Assembly: GCA_029244925.1 (NCBI GenBank)
Contig: JAQWQE010000010.1
Coordinates: 1 to 61,254, forward strand
DNA from: Gammaproteobacteria bacterium
Lineage (GTDB): Bacteria > Pseudomonadota > Gammaproteobacteria > Steroidobacterales > UBA11654
Direction of reading: 5' to 3'
Length of the DNA stretch: 61,254 bases
Part shown: positions 51,395 through 61,254 of the stretch, in pieces
Layout: every line of letters starts with the position of its first letter
Position numbering within the stretch: position 1 is the first letter of the stretch
Notes under the pieces: model-generated
Told to the model about the DNA's origin: nothing
Database searches by the model: none
Seen by the model: the letters and a program-made list of their open reading frames with translations, nothing else
Translations under genes and position numbers: made by a program

Positions 51395-52339
51395 TTATTT
51401 CTTCAATGCGATACACTCTAGTCCATTTCCTCTAGAATTTATCTCATAGGATTGATAATTATATTTCTCAATCATTTTTTTAAATTTATTTTCAGTCATA
51501 TGTCTTTTATATTGATCAGTATTTTTATCATGAGTATCTAGCCTAGAAAATTCATAATGTTGCTCCTTAGAAAGGTTAAATTGACCATAATAAAAAGAGA
51601 TTGGAGAAAATCTTCTCAATATAAATTGAATAAGATTATTTTTTCTAAAATACCAATGGATTGGGAAGAATTTTCTTGTAAGCCAATCTGTAATTTTCAT
51701 TTGGTTTGATGGTTTAATGTTTTTAATGATCAGCCAAATTGGGATATAGAGAGAAAAATAATGACCTATATTAGATTTATAATGATCAAATATAATTTTA
51801 CCTTGAGATCTGGTTACTCTATTTAGCTCAGAGATACTCTGATTTGTTGAAGGAGTATGCTGAAGAACACCTAAACAAATAACTATGTCAAAAAAATAAT
51901 CTGGAAATGGAATTTTTCTCATATCAGCTTGAAATAATGTTAAGCGTTCATGAGGCATATTATTATCATAATTTGCATCAACAGCATTAGAGTAATCAAA
52001 AGCGTAAACTTCTGCTCCGTGTGATAGTAAGATTTCAGTAAACCTACCAGAACCACAACCTGCTTCTAAAACTTTTTTTCCTTTTAATTCATTTAAATTA
52101 GACCCAAATGCAGTCCTTAAACGATTATAGGAAATTGGTTGTTTTGTGAACGAATCAAGTTGCGTTTTTTTGAATTTATTCCATTGCATTCCAAATGCTT
52201 TTGCATAATTCTCAGATTGGACAAATCTTGGGATAATTCTTTCGTTTTTCTGTTTCAGATTTTTTATCTCTACTAATATATCTGAATCATGATCAAGTTT
52301 TTTGCTGGTACCAGGTTCTGTAAAATTATTAAAATTCAT
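51395..52339 (-). CDS. Class I SAM-dependent methyltransferase
   Basis: FG.QWN.F..TQLDS, VLEAGCGSGRF, LGVLQHTP. Confidence 0.87.
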   Translation of the reverse strand: MNFNNFTEPGTSKKLDHDSDILVEIKNLKQKNERIIPRFVQSENYAKAFGMQWNKFKKTQLDSFTKQPISYNRLRTAFGSNLNELKGKKVLEAGCGSGRFTEILLSHGAEVYAFDYSNAVDANYDNNMPHERLTLFQADMRKIPFPDYFFDIVICLGVLQHTPSTNQSISELNRVTRSQGKIIFDHYKSNIGHYFSLYIPIWLIIKNIKPSNQMKITDWLTRKFFPIHWYFRKNNLIQFILRRFSPISFYYGQFNLSKEQHYEFSRLDTHDKNTDQYKRHMTENKFKKMIEKYNYQSYEINSRGNGLECIALKK

Positions 52340-52585
52340 GACTCATCTCTTTTTGAATCTTTCGTTAGCCAATTTTTATATATGTTCAATATGGGGTTTT
52401 TTATTTATTAAAAAATAAGTTTGATTTTTTTACAGGTACATCCCGTCTAATGTTATATGATATTGTCATGTGCAAATAATGGTCTGAAATTTAATGTAAA
52501 ATACCCCACAATTTATACATGAATATTATTCCTCAAATTAATTTATACCTTCTATTTTTTTAATGCTTTCCTATAAGACTGTATC

Positions 52586-54382
52586 ATGTTTTTCCTAGTC
52601 AAATCTTTACAGTCCATACTGTCATCAAAAGATATTCTTAAGTTTTATCTAATTTCAGTAATATTAATTATTATTGCTTTGATGGAGGTAATTGGGCTAG
52701 CACTGATTTCTTTTTTAATTGTAAATTTAAATAATTTAGATTCTATTTTATCTAACAGTAATTTTTTCCAAAAGATTCTAATATTATTTAATCTCTCCGC
52801 ATACAACTCATCATACGTTCTTTGTATGTTCATTATTGGTTATTCTGTTGTAAATATAATAGCTTCAATGTCTGCAATTCGTTATATAGGCATATATTCA
52901 CAGATACTTGGAGCAAATATTAAGTCTAAAGTCGTTGAATATTTCCTCTACATGGAGTTGCTAAAGTTTACTCAAATCCCTACATCAAAAAGTATGTCTA
53001 GAGTTATTAATGATGGTAATGAGGTATCAGACATATTGTATTTTCTTATGCATCTTTTCAGTAAATGCATCCTCGCATTACTAATAATCGGTTTTTTATT
53101 AATCTTTAATACCCAGCTTACGATAATTATCGTAGCGATGCTTTCCATAACCTATCTAATAATATTTTTTGGCACTAAACCAATAATTACTTTTAATAGT
53201 TTAAATCAAACCCGGTTATTGGATTCAATACTGAATGTTGTAAAAAATATGTTTGGGTCTTTAAAAGAAATTATTTTTTATAATTCTCAAGAAGATGTAC
53301 TGTCAAAATTCTCAGAATTAAATAATAGTTTTGCAAAGGCTAAGGGCTCTAATATGGCTATAGCTCAAATGCCAAGATCTTTTATAGATTCACTAATCTT
53401 AATAGCTTTAGTTGGCTTACTACTTTTTACAAAAATTAAGAACGTAGATCCTACTGTATTCTTCGCAACTTTTTCAATTTATGGTATTGCTGCTCTGAAG
53501 CTACTTCCAGCGTTCCAAAATATTTTCTATTTTTCTCATGAGATTTATGTTCGTTTTCCCTATTTAAAGAATATTTCAGATTTATTTTTAGAGTTTGATC
53601 AATCTCTTAAAATCAAGAGTAATAATTACAAAGAACCGATAATCATTGAAGATTCGATAGTTTTTAAGGATATTTCATTTAAACATCTGAATGCTAATGT
53701 CCATTCGTTAGAGAATATTAATCTGTCAATTAAGAATCATGAAAAAATTGCAATAGTAGGCCCAAGCGGTTCTGGTAAATCTACTTTTATAGATTTACTC
53801 TTAGGATTTATGGAGCCAACCCATGGGCAGATTTTAATTGATAGCCAAGAGCTTTCTTTTGATGACTTAGATAAGTATAGATTGAATTTTTCATATGTTC
53901 CTCAAAAAGTATTTTTTCTAGAAGCATCTATTAAAGAAAATATTGCTTTTGGGTCTGTATTTAATAAAAAGAAAAAAATAAATATAGATAAGATCCTTTT
54001 GGACTCAGAATTGCAAGAATTAGTTGATAAACTACCAAGCGGTTTAGATACATTGCTATCAGATGATAAACAAATCGTCTCAGGTGGACAAAAACAATGT
54101 ATTGCTATTGCAAGAGCATTAATGCGAGGAGGAAATATATTAATATTAGATGAGGCCACAAGTGCAATGGATACTGTTCTAGAGAAAAAAATATTTAAAT
54201 CTATTTTTAAATCAAATTTTAGTACTATTATTGCTGTTACTCATAAGCCTTCTATTCTCAAAGAATTTGATAGGATATATGTATTTAGGGAAGGAGTGAT
54301 TGAAGATTCCGGTAGCTTTGAATACCTGAGCAAAAATAGTAAATATTTTATTAATATGCTTGAAGATTATTCATCTGAATAA
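52586..54382 (+). CDS. Second PglK/MsbA-like ABC transporter
   Basis: TM domain, GPSGSGKS, VSGGQKQ, LDEATSAMD. Confidence 0.85.
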   Translation: MFFLVKSLQSILSSKDILKFYLISVILIIIALMEVIGLALISFLIVNLNNLDSILSNSNFFQKILILFNLSAYNSSYVLCMFIIGYSVVNIIASMSAIRYIGIYSQILGANIKSKVVEYFLYMELLKFTQIPTSKSMSRVINDGNEVSDILYFLMHLFSKCILALLIIGFLLIFNTQLTIIIVAMLSITYLIIFFGTKPIITFNSLNQTRLLDSILNVVKNMFGSLKEIIFYNSQEDVLSKFSELNNSFAKAKGSNMAIAQMPRSFIDSLILIALVGLLLFTKIKNVDPTVFFATFSIYGIAALKLLPAFQNIFYFSHEIYVRFPYLKNISDLFLEFDQSLKIKSNNYKEPIIIEDSIVFKDISFKHLNANVHSLENINLSIKNHEKIAIVGPSGSGKSTFIDLLLGFMEPTHGQILIDSQELSFDDLDKYRLNFSYVPQKVFFLEASIKENIAFGSVFNKKKKINIDKILLDSELQELVDKLPSGLDTLLSDDKQIVSGGQKQCIAIARALMRGGNILILDEATSAMDTVLEKKIFKSIFKSNFSTIIAVTHKPSILKEFDRIYVFREGVIEDSGSFEYLSKNSKYFINMLEDYSSE

Positions 54383-54493
54383 TAGTTATTTTTTTAGATG
54401 ACTATTTATAAATTATGAAAAGTTAGTTTATTTCTGCTTATATTAATAGTTAAGCATATAGTATAGTAATGATTTTAATTTCAAGGTAATAGG

Positions 54494-55615
54494 TTGACAA
54501 AAAAAGCGTTAATTACGGGAGTTACCGGGCAGGATGGCTCATATTTAGCAGAGTTTCTCCTTCAAAAAGGTTATGAAGTTCATGGCGTAAAACGTCGATC
54601 TTCATTATTTAATACATCGAGAGTTGATCATATTTATGAGGATCCTCATATTTCAGACCGTAATTTTTTTCTTCATTTCGGCGATTTAAGTGATTCAACA
54701 AATCTTATAAAGTTAATTCATGAAATTAGACCAGATGAAATTTATAACTTAGGAGCACAAAGCCATGTAGCAGTGAGTTTTGAAACACCAGAATATACAG
54801 CTGATGTTGATGGAATAGGAGCTTTGAGGATTCTAGAGGCCATTAGGATACTTGGTTTAGAAAAGAAGACTCGTTTTTATCAGGCTTCCTCATCAGAATT
54901 ATATGGACTCGTTCAAGAAACACCACAAAATGAAAACACACCTTTTTATCCAAGGAGTCCATATGCTGCTGCAAAGCTATATGCATACTGGATAACAATA
55001 AATTATAGAGAGGCTTATGGAATTTATGCTTGCAACGGCATACTGTTTAATCATGAATCTCCTCGGAGAGGAGAAACTTTTGTAACACGTAAAATTACTA
55101 AGGGACTTGCAAATATCTCTCAGGGACTAGAAAAATGTCTTTATATGGGAAACCTTGATTCACTCCGTGATTGGGGGCATGCAAAAGATTATGTTCGCAT
55201 GCAATGGATGATGCTACAACAAGATGAGGCAAAAGATTTTGTAATTGCTACAGGCGTTCAACATTCTGTTAGAGATTTTATAAATTGGTCAGCTTCTAAT
55301 TTAGGATTGACATTAAGATTTGAAGGTAACGGTGTGGAAGAATTTGCTGTTGTAGAGAAGATAGAAGGAGAGAATGCTCCTAATGTTAGCGTTAACGATG
55401 TAATTGTTAAAGTTGATAAGAAGTATTTTAGACCTACAGAAGTCGAAAGCCTTATTGGAGATGCAACATTAGCTAAAGATGAATTAGGATGGCAGCCAGA
55501 AATGACTGCAGAGGAAATGTGTTCTGAAATGGTTATAGAGGATTTAAAAATTGCTAAAAGAAATGCTTTTTTGAAAGAGCATGGACATGAAGTGAATATT
55601 TCCTCTGAGGAATAG
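54494..55615 (+). CDS. gmd: GDP-mannose 4,6-dehydratase; TTG start
   Basis: [46 protein letters not shown]. Confidence 0.97.
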   Translation: MTKKALITGVTGQDGSYLAEFLLQKGYEVHGVKRRSSLFNTSRVDHIYEDPHISDRNFFLHFGDLSDSTNLIKLIHEIRPDEIYNLGAQSHVAVSFETPEYTADVDGIGALRILEAIRILGLEKKTRFYQASSSELYGLVQETPQNENTPFYPRSPYAAAKLYAYWITINYREAYGIYACNGILFNHESPRRGETFVTRKITKGLANISQGLEKCLYMGNLDSLRDWGHAKDYVRMQWMMLQQDEAKDFVIATGVQHSVRDFINWSASNLGLTLRFEGNGVEEFAVVEKIEGENAPNVSVNDVIVKVDKKYFRPTEVESLIGDATLAKDELGWQPEMTAEEMCSEMVIEDLKIAKRNAFLKEHGHEVNISSEE

Positions 55616-55616
55616 C

Positions 55617-56576
55617 ATGGATGCTGCTTCGCAAAAAATATTTTTAGCTGGACATAAAGGAATGGTCGGTTCCTCAATTTTGAGAAATCTTAAATCATTG
55701 GGATATAGAAATATTATTACATCGACTCGTGAAGAGCTTGATTTGACTCAACAGTCAGAAGTAAATAGTTTTTTTCAGAATAAAGAGTTCGATCAGGTCT
55801 ATATGGCTGCTGCTAGAGTTGGAGGTATTTATGCAAATAATACATACCCGGCTCAATTTATTTATGAGAACTTAATGATTGAGGCCAATGTAATACATTC
55901 AGCTTATATTAGTGGCGTAAAGAAGCTCTTGTTTTTGGGGAGTTCTTGTATATATCCCAAGAATTCGAAACAGCCTATGATCGAGAATATGCTTCTAACT
56001 GGAATTTTGGAGCCAACGAATGAACCATATGCTATTTCTAAAATAGCCGGAATAAAATTATGTGAAAGTTACAACAGAGAATATGGGACTGATTTTAGGA
56101 GTATTATGCCTACCAATCTTTATGGTCCAGGCGATAACTTTCATCCTGAAAATAGTCATGTTATCGCATCATTAATTCACCGTTTTCATAATGCAAAGCT
56201 AGATGAAAAAAGTAATGTCTCAGTCTGGGGGACAGGTAAACCCTTTCGCGAATTCCTGCATGTTGATGACATGGCTAGTGCAGCTATTCACGTAATGAAT
56301 CTAGAGAAAAGTGAATATCTTAAAAATACTGAACCTCAACTTTCACATATTAATATAGGAAGTGGAAAAGAATACACAATCTCCGATCTCGCAATGCTGA
56401 TTGCTGAAACTGTTAATTTCAAGGGAAATATTAAGTTTGATAAAGATAAACCTGATGGCACACCAAGAAAGCTTATAGATAGCACTCTATTAAGATCTAT
56501 GGGTTGGGAACCTCAATTAGATTTGAGAAAGGGGTTAAGAGACACTTATAATTGGTATTTAGAAAATATTGTTTGA
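55617..56576 (+). CDS. fcl: GDP-L-fucose synthase
   Basis: [47 protein letters not shown]. Confidence 0.96.
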   Translation: MDAASQKIFLAGHKGMVGSSILRNLKSLGYRNIITSTREELDLTQQSEVNSFFQNKEFDQVYMAAARVGGIYANNTYPAQFIYENLMIEANVIHSAYISGVKKLLFLGSSCIYPKNSKQPMIENMLLTGILEPTNEPYAISKIAGIKLCESYNREYGTDFRSIMPTNLYGPGDNFHPENSHVIASLIHRFHNAKLDEKSNVSVWGTGKPFREFLHVDDMASAAIHVMNLEKSEYLKNTEPQLSHINIGSGKEYTISDLAMLIAETVNFKGNIKFDKDKPDGTPRKLIDSTLLRSMGWEPQLDLRKGLRDTYNWYLENIV

Positions 56577-56624
56577 TTTTTTTTAGTTTAAACAAGTCCC
56601 AATGATGAAAATATTAAGATAATT

Positions 56625-57437
56625 ATGAAAAAAAGTATTTGTTTAGTTTCTGGTGGTTTTGATCCCTTACATAGGGGTCATATCGAATATTTTAAAGCTG
56701 CAAAAAGATTATCTGACTATCTTATAGTGGCATTGAATTCTGACGATTGGCTGTCTCAGAAAAAGGGGTATGCTTTTATGCCATGGGAAGAAAGAGCCAG
56801 CATTATAAAAAACTTAGAGATAGTAGATGAGGTTATTGCCTTTGACGATGAAGATATGTCAGCTTCTGATGCTATTGAGAAGAGTCTAGCGATTGCTGAA
56901 TTAGTTATATTTGCTAATGGCGGTGATAGAGGGAAAACCAATTGTCCTGAACTTGATCGTTATGAAGGCAATGAAAGAGTTAAGTGGGAATTTGGAGTTG
57001 GTGGTACCAAAAAAATTAATAGCAGTTCTTGGCTTATTAATGATTTTATAGAGCAATATAATGAAGCTAATTTACCAAAAGGGTTTTCTGATATAACAAA
57101 TATTTCATCACCTTGGGGCAAAAATATTTCTTTTCTTGATGATAAAGGGTTCAAGGTTAAGCAACTCATAGTTAATCCTGATAGTAAGCTTAGTTTGCAA
57201 AAGCATAAACATAGAGCAGAACACTGGATAGTTGTTAGAGGAGTAGCAACGATAGAGATTGATGAAAAAAAATTTACTTTACAAACTGGAGAGTACACTT
57301 ATATACCTTTAGGCTCCAAGCATCGTTTGTCTAATGAGCATAATGAGGATTTGATCATTATTGAAGTCCAGTGTGGAGAGATTCTAGAGGAATCTGATAT
57401 CATTCGCTATGATGATAGCTATGGTAGATTAGAGTGA
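56625..57437 (+). CDS. Fusion of an HxGH cytidylyl/adenylyltransferase-like domain and a type II mannose-6-phosphate-isomerase cupin
   Basis: SGGFDPLHRGH, NSD.WL..KKG, FANGGDR, K.NSSS; then PWG, LSLQKH.HRAEHW.VV.G, HRL.N, IEVQ.G..L.E.DI.R..D.YGR. Confidence 0.85.
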   Translation: MKKSICLVSGGFDPLHRGHIEYFKAAKRLSDYLIVALNSDDWLSQKKGYAFMPWEERASIIKNLEIVDEVIAFDDEDMSASDAIEKSLAIAELVIFANGGDRGKTNCPELDRYEGNERVKWEFGVGGTKKINSSSWLINDFIEQYNEANLPKGFSDITNISSPWGKNISFLDDKGFKVKQLIVNPDSKLSLQKHKHRAEHWIVVRGVATIEIDEKKFTLQTGEYTYIPLGSKHRLSNEHNEDLIIIEVQCGEILEESDIIRYDDSYGRLE

Positions 57438-57486
57438 CTCAAATTTTGACTAATTAAAAAAATTTTTAGGATAAATCCCCTCAAAT

Positions 57487-58587
57487 ATGTATAGAAAGTT
57501 TATTGGAATAACAATATTGGGTCTATATTTCCTGGTATTAGCTGTAGCAATAACTAATGGACCGCTAATTTCATATCAATCCTTGCTTCTAGGGGTCATT
57601 GGCTTGATAGTCATTACTTCCTTGATTTCATCTTTTGCTAAAAGTATCAAGTTGCTTGATACAGCAAATGAACAAAGAAAAAAGCATGAAGGTAGTGTTC
57701 CATTAATAGGTGGAATTATCATATATATATCAATAATATATGGAACTTTCGTTTTTGGTGTAGATCCTTTTTATCAGATTGTTGTTATCTCGCTAATACC
57801 CATACTTATTATTGGTATTCTTGATGGAATAGAATATATTAGAACTCCCATTTCTCTACGAGTGATTGCTCAAATTCTTTCTAGCTGGATCATTATTCTT
57901 TTCACAGACATCTATTTAAAAGATTTAGGAGATTTATTCGGACTTGGCATAATCACATTAGATGAGCTTGGTATACCTATAACAATCTTTTGTGTTGTTG
58001 GAGTATGCAATGCTTTCAATATGCTAGATGGAATGGATGGCCTTACAGGTTCTGTTAGTGTTGTGATAATTACTTCAATTTTAATCTTACTATATTTGAA
58101 TAATATCGCTTATAACTGGGGCCTCATTCTAATATTAAGTATTCTTGGTTTCCTTGCATTTAATCTCAGTCTTTTTGGTAATCAGCGAAAAATATTTTTA
58201 GGAGATCATGGGTCTACAGGCCTAGGCTATATAGTTTCTTGGAATCTAATATACCTCTCTCAGGAAACAGATCTTATTACTCCTGTATCTGCAATCTGGT
58301 TTATTTTTTTCCCTCTAACGGATACTGTGTTAATAATTATAAGAAGGATTAGGTCTTCAAAGTCTATATTTGTCCCAGATAGAAAACATATCCACTATTT
58401 TCTCTCTGATTCTGGTTATTCTGATGTTAAAATTTTGAGCATAATTGTTTCTATTTCTTTCGTAACAGCTTTAATTGGTGTTGCATCAAACTACTGGCAA
58501 ATTAAAGAATACTATCTTCTTTATGGATATCTTACTCTTGTGATATTTTTTATTATTCTAGGTGTTACAAGACCTGAAAAATCTTAA
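57487..58587 (+). CDS. wecA: WecA/MraY-family undecaprenyl-phosphate HexNAc-1-phosphate transferase
   Basis: RKKH.G.VPLIGG, NAFNMLDGMDG, IFLGD.GS, PDRKHIH; polytopic. Confidence 0.85.
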   Translation: MYRKFIGITILGLYFLVLAVAITNGPLISYQSLLLGVIGLIVITSLISSFAKSIKLLDTANEQRKKHEGSVPLIGGIIIYISIIYGTFVFGVDPFYQIVVISLIPILIIGILDGIEYIRTPISLRVIAQILSSWIIILFTDIYLKDLGDLFGLGIITLDELGIPITIFCVVGVCNAFNMLDGMDGLTGSVSVVIITSILILLYLNNIAYNWGLILILSILGFLAFNLSLFGNQRKIFLGDHGSTGLGYIVSWNLIYLSQETDLITPVSAIWFIFFPLTDTVLIIIRRIRSSKSIFVPDRKHIHYFLSDSGYSDVKILSIIVSISFVTALIGVASNYWQIKEYYLLYGYLTLVIFFIILGVTRPEKS

Positions 58588-58613
58588 ACCATATCTTACC
58601 AATGAGAAATTGT

Positions 58614-59432
58614 TTATTCGTTTAATAAGGCCAAGATTCTCTTTTTGTTTTGATCATTATTGAAAGCTATAAATTCTGGGTTTAATAGACTTTCTTTAAG
58701 GTTATAAGTAAGAATATTTCTATCTAGAAGACTTATAATATTTCCGCCTGCAAACTTTATAATTGCATCCCCAGCAGCAATATCCCATTCTGATGTTGGG
58801 CCAAGCCTAAGATAAATATCTGCTGTACCGCATGCAACAAGACATAACTTAATTGAACTACCTTTTTTAATTAATTCATAGGACTCAAATTTATTTAATA
58901 AATTATCTAAATCTTTACTTGGATGTGATGAACTAGTTGCAATTTTTATTGGATCATCAATATTTTTAGAGACATATATTTGTTTCTCTTTTTTATTATC
59001 TTGACTATAAAAAGAGCCTGAGCAATTAGACCCCCAAAAAGTTTCATTAGAGACCGGAATATGAATTACTCCCAGCACAGGAAGATTATTTTCTATCAAA
59101 GCAATATTGACTGTAAATTCACCATTTCTTTTTATAAATTCTTTAGTCCCATCTAATGGATCAACAAGCCAATATCTATTCCATTTTGATCTTTTACTGA
59201 ATGGAATATCTGAATCCTCTTCTGAAAGAATTGGAATATGAGGATCTAATAGCCTTAGATTATGTAAAATTACATCATGAGATTTTTGATCTGCTTTTGT
59301 AAGAGGAGACGAATCTTCTTTAATTGTGTATTCAAAGTCAGAATTATAGACTTCTAGTATTGTTTCTCCTGCTTTTTTAGATATTTCAACCGCAGCATTA
59401 ATTAATTTCTTTTTACTGACTTTTTTTACCAT
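58614..59432 (-). CDS. cysQ: 3'(2'),5'-bisphosphate nucleotidase (PAP phosphatase)
   Basis: SPLTKAD, LSEE, WLVDPLDGTKEFIKRNGEFTVNIALI, GPTSEWDIAAG. Confidence 0.94.
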   Translation of the reverse strand: MVKKVSKKKLINAAVEISKKAGETILEVYNSDFEYTIKEDSSPLTKADQKSHDVILHNLRLLDPHIPILSEEDSDIPFSKRSKWNRYWLVDPLDGTKEFIKRNGEFTVNIALIENNLPVLGVIHIPVSNETFWGSNCSGSFYSQDNKKEKQIYVSKNIDDPIKIATSSSHPSKDLDNLLNKFESYELIKKGSSIKLCLVACGTADIYLRLGPTSEWDIAAGDAIIKFAGGNIISLLDRNILTYNLKESLLNPEFIAFNNDQNKKRILALLNE

Positions 59433-59637
59433 ATTTGAATTAAACTAAGAATATCTGATATAGGCTAAATATTTGTAATATATGCATATATCATTAATTT
59501 TTGCTAAAATTGTTTAAAAAGCTTGCAATTTTTCCTTCTAAAAGGAGAAAGTATATTCACGAAGCCGATCTCAAGGCAAAGCCAGAGCTTTCATTCGTTT
59601 CAATATACCAATTATATAATAATTAAGACTAGGATTT

Positions 59638-59724
59638 ATGAGCATTTCTCATACAAACGATAAACAATTTGAAGATCACGCAATTCATTCACAGGTGCCT
59701 GTGTTAATAATAGCTTTGAGGTAA
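59638..59724 (+). pseudogene. Truncated thioredoxin-like remnant (28 codons)
   Basis: MSISHTNDKQFEDHAIHSQVPVLI aligns without gaps to downstream TrxA MGIIQTTDKTFEEDVTSSHVPVLV; AGGA RBS; stops before WCGPC. Confidence 0.65.
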
Positions 59725-60001
59725 TAAATATTCTTGGCGATGTGACAGAGAGAAAGCAAATTAGCAGAATAATCAGAAATACATACTAAGAAGCCTATTT
59801 TTTTTGGAGTTGAATGAAAAATTAGACATCGTATTTAGATCAAAGAGGAATTACATTTTACTTATTATTTCTATATTTATAAAAAAAACTTGCAAAATAG
59901 CTGATAATTAAGAAAAATGACTCCTCTCAACCAAATTCACGGTTGATAAATCACATTATGCTTTTTTTGAAGCCAAGTTAATTAAAGATTCACAGAGACA
60001 C

Positions 60002-60322
60002 ATGGGAATAATACAAACAACAGACAAGACATTTGAAGAGGATGTTACATCTTCACATGTTCCAGTTCTTGTTGATTTTTGGGCTGAGTGGTGTGGTCCT
60101 TGTAAAATGATTGGACCAATTCTTGAAGAAATTGATCAAGAAATGAGTGATAAAATAAAAATTATAAAGCTTGATGTTGATAGCAATAGTCAAACAGCCA
60201 TGAACTATGCAATTAGGAGTATACCAACCCTAATTATCATTAAAGATGGAGAAGTCAAGTCACAACATATTGGTGCAGCCTCTAAGGCGCAAATAGAAAA
60301 TTTCATTAATCAAAATATTTAA
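60002..60322 (+). CDS. trxA: Thioredoxin
   Basis: VDFWAEWCGPCK, IRSIPTL; directly upstream of rho. Confidence 0.97.
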   Translation: MGIIQTTDKTFEEDVTSSHVPVLVDFWAEWCGPCKMIGPILEEIDQEMSDKIKIIKLDVDSNSQTAMNYAIRSIPTLIIIKDGEVKSQHIGAASKAQIENFINQNI

Positions 60323-60325
60323 CAT

Positions 60326-61254
60326 ATGCCATCCAACGGAAGAAAAAGAAAAAGAGGCTCAGGCCACAAAAAAGAGTTTAGAGATAGAGCTGCAACATTT
60401 ACATCTGAAGATGTAATTTCTAAGTCAGAACTAGAAGGCGATGATGTATTGAGCTTGCCTGATCTTCGGACAAAATCAATTACAGAGATTCAAAAAACAG
60501 CACAAGAAATGGGTGTTGAAAATATATCCAGAGCAAGAAGGCAGGATATCACCTTTTCAATTCTTAAAGCTCATGCCGCTGAAGATAAGAGAATCTTTGG
60601 TGAAGGTGTGCTAGAAGTATTGCAAGATGGTTTTGGCTTCCTAAGGTCTGCTGATACCTCCTACATTGCAGGTCCAGATGATGTTTATGTTTCACCTACA
60701 CAAATTAGAAAGTTCAACCTAAGGAATGGAGACACCGTTTCAGGATCAGTGAGGCCCCCGAAAGACAATGAGCGCTATTTCGCACTATTAAAGGTTTCGG
60801 AAATTAACTTTGAGGATCCGGAGAATGTAAGAACAAAAGCACTATTTGAAAACCTTACTCCCTATTTTCCAGAAGAAAGATTTCAACTCGAACAGGGCAC
60901 AGGGAGCATAGAGGATTTGACTGCAAGGATCATAGACTTAGCATCACCAATCGGAAAAGGACAAAGAGGCTTAATTGTTTCTCCTCCCAAAGCTGGCAAG
61001 ACAATCCTTCTTCAGAACATAGCATCATCGATCACGGCAAACTATCCAGAAGCACACTTAATTGTTTTACTGATAGATGAAAGACCAGAAGAAGTCACCG
61101 ACATGATAAGGACGGTTAGAGGTGAAGTTGTTTCAAGTACATTTGATGAACCCGCATCTAGGCATGTTCAAGTTGCAGATATGGTTTTAGAAAAAGCAAA
61201 AAGACTTTCAGAACATAAAAAAGATGTAGTTATTCTCCTAGATTCAATTACAAG
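60326..61254 (+). CDS. rho: Transcription termination factor Rho, truncated by the window end and absent from the ORF track
   Basis: Read by hand: [78 protein letters not shown]. Confidence 0.96.
   Translation, partial: MPSNGRKRKRGSGHKKEFRDRAATFTSEDVISKSELEGDDVLSLPDLRTKSITEIQKTAQEMGVENISRARRQDITFSILKAHAAEDKRIFGEGVLEVLQDGFGFLRSADTSYIAGPDDVYVSPTQIRKFNLRNGDTVSGSVRPPKDNERYFALLKVSEINFEDPENVRTKALFENLTPYFPEERFQLEQGTGSIEDLTARIIDLASPIGKGQRGLIVSPPKAGKTILLQNIASSITANYPEAHLIVLLIDERPEEVTDMIRTVRGEVVSSTFDEPASRHVQVADMVLEKAKRLSEHKKDVVILLDSIT

Noticed and set aside
5253-57298. Many 60-143 aa antisense or alternate-frame ORFs in the track (e.g. 9810-10241, 14166-14717, 29536-29952, 55258-55677)
   Set aside because: They lie wholly within well-supported genes and show no motifs.
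59560-59600. GGCAAAGCCAGAG resembling part of a c-di-GMP-I riboswitch
   Set aside because: The upstream GGCAAAC and GNRA-capped stem are absent; only a short hairpin can be formed.
1-61254. Mobile elements, tRNA or rRNA genes
   Set aside because: No transposase, integrase, terminal inverted repeats or RNA-gene-like sequence recognised by eye; intergenic gaps are short.

Overview
AT-rich bacterial DNA, probably gammaproteobacterial (RfaH, GshA type, trxA-rho); a streamlined marine lineage is plausible but not provable from the sequence. About 58 kb is one surface-polysaccharide island. It opens with a group-4-capsule-like export front end (Thr/Pro-rich GfcA/YjbE-like protein, YjbH/GfcD barrel, gshA, large SLBB Wza/OtnA-type exporter), then rfaH, an EPS-associated MarR regulator and wzz. 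These are followed by nucleotide-sugar pathways (TviB/TviC, a 4,6-dehydratase/reductase pair, dTDP-rhamnose, GDP-fucose), two AsnB amidotransferases, two PglK-like ABC flippases, an EpsG-type Wzy, two initiating phosphoglycosyl transferases, many glycosyltransferases, five methyltransferase-like genes, a sulfotransferase and cysQ. The window ends in the core genes trxA and rho (truncated). The most unusual element is an 8.2-kb module (14947-23174) interleaving heptose-pathway enzymes (CBS-fused HddA-like kinase, GmhA) with a three-domain NeuB lacking the N-acetyl-binding Arg, a CMP-ulosonate synthetase, three SDRs, a VOC protein and a TIM-barrel epimerase. It has no NeuC, GmhB or HddC, so it is a candidate pathway for a non-canonical, possibly 10-carbon, ulosonic acid. 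Also seen: candidate MarR operators and an ops-like site, an HxGH nucleotidyltransferase-cupin fusion, a decayed thioredoxin duplicate and an N-terminally extended Rho. All assignments come from motif recognition by eye; no database searches were run.
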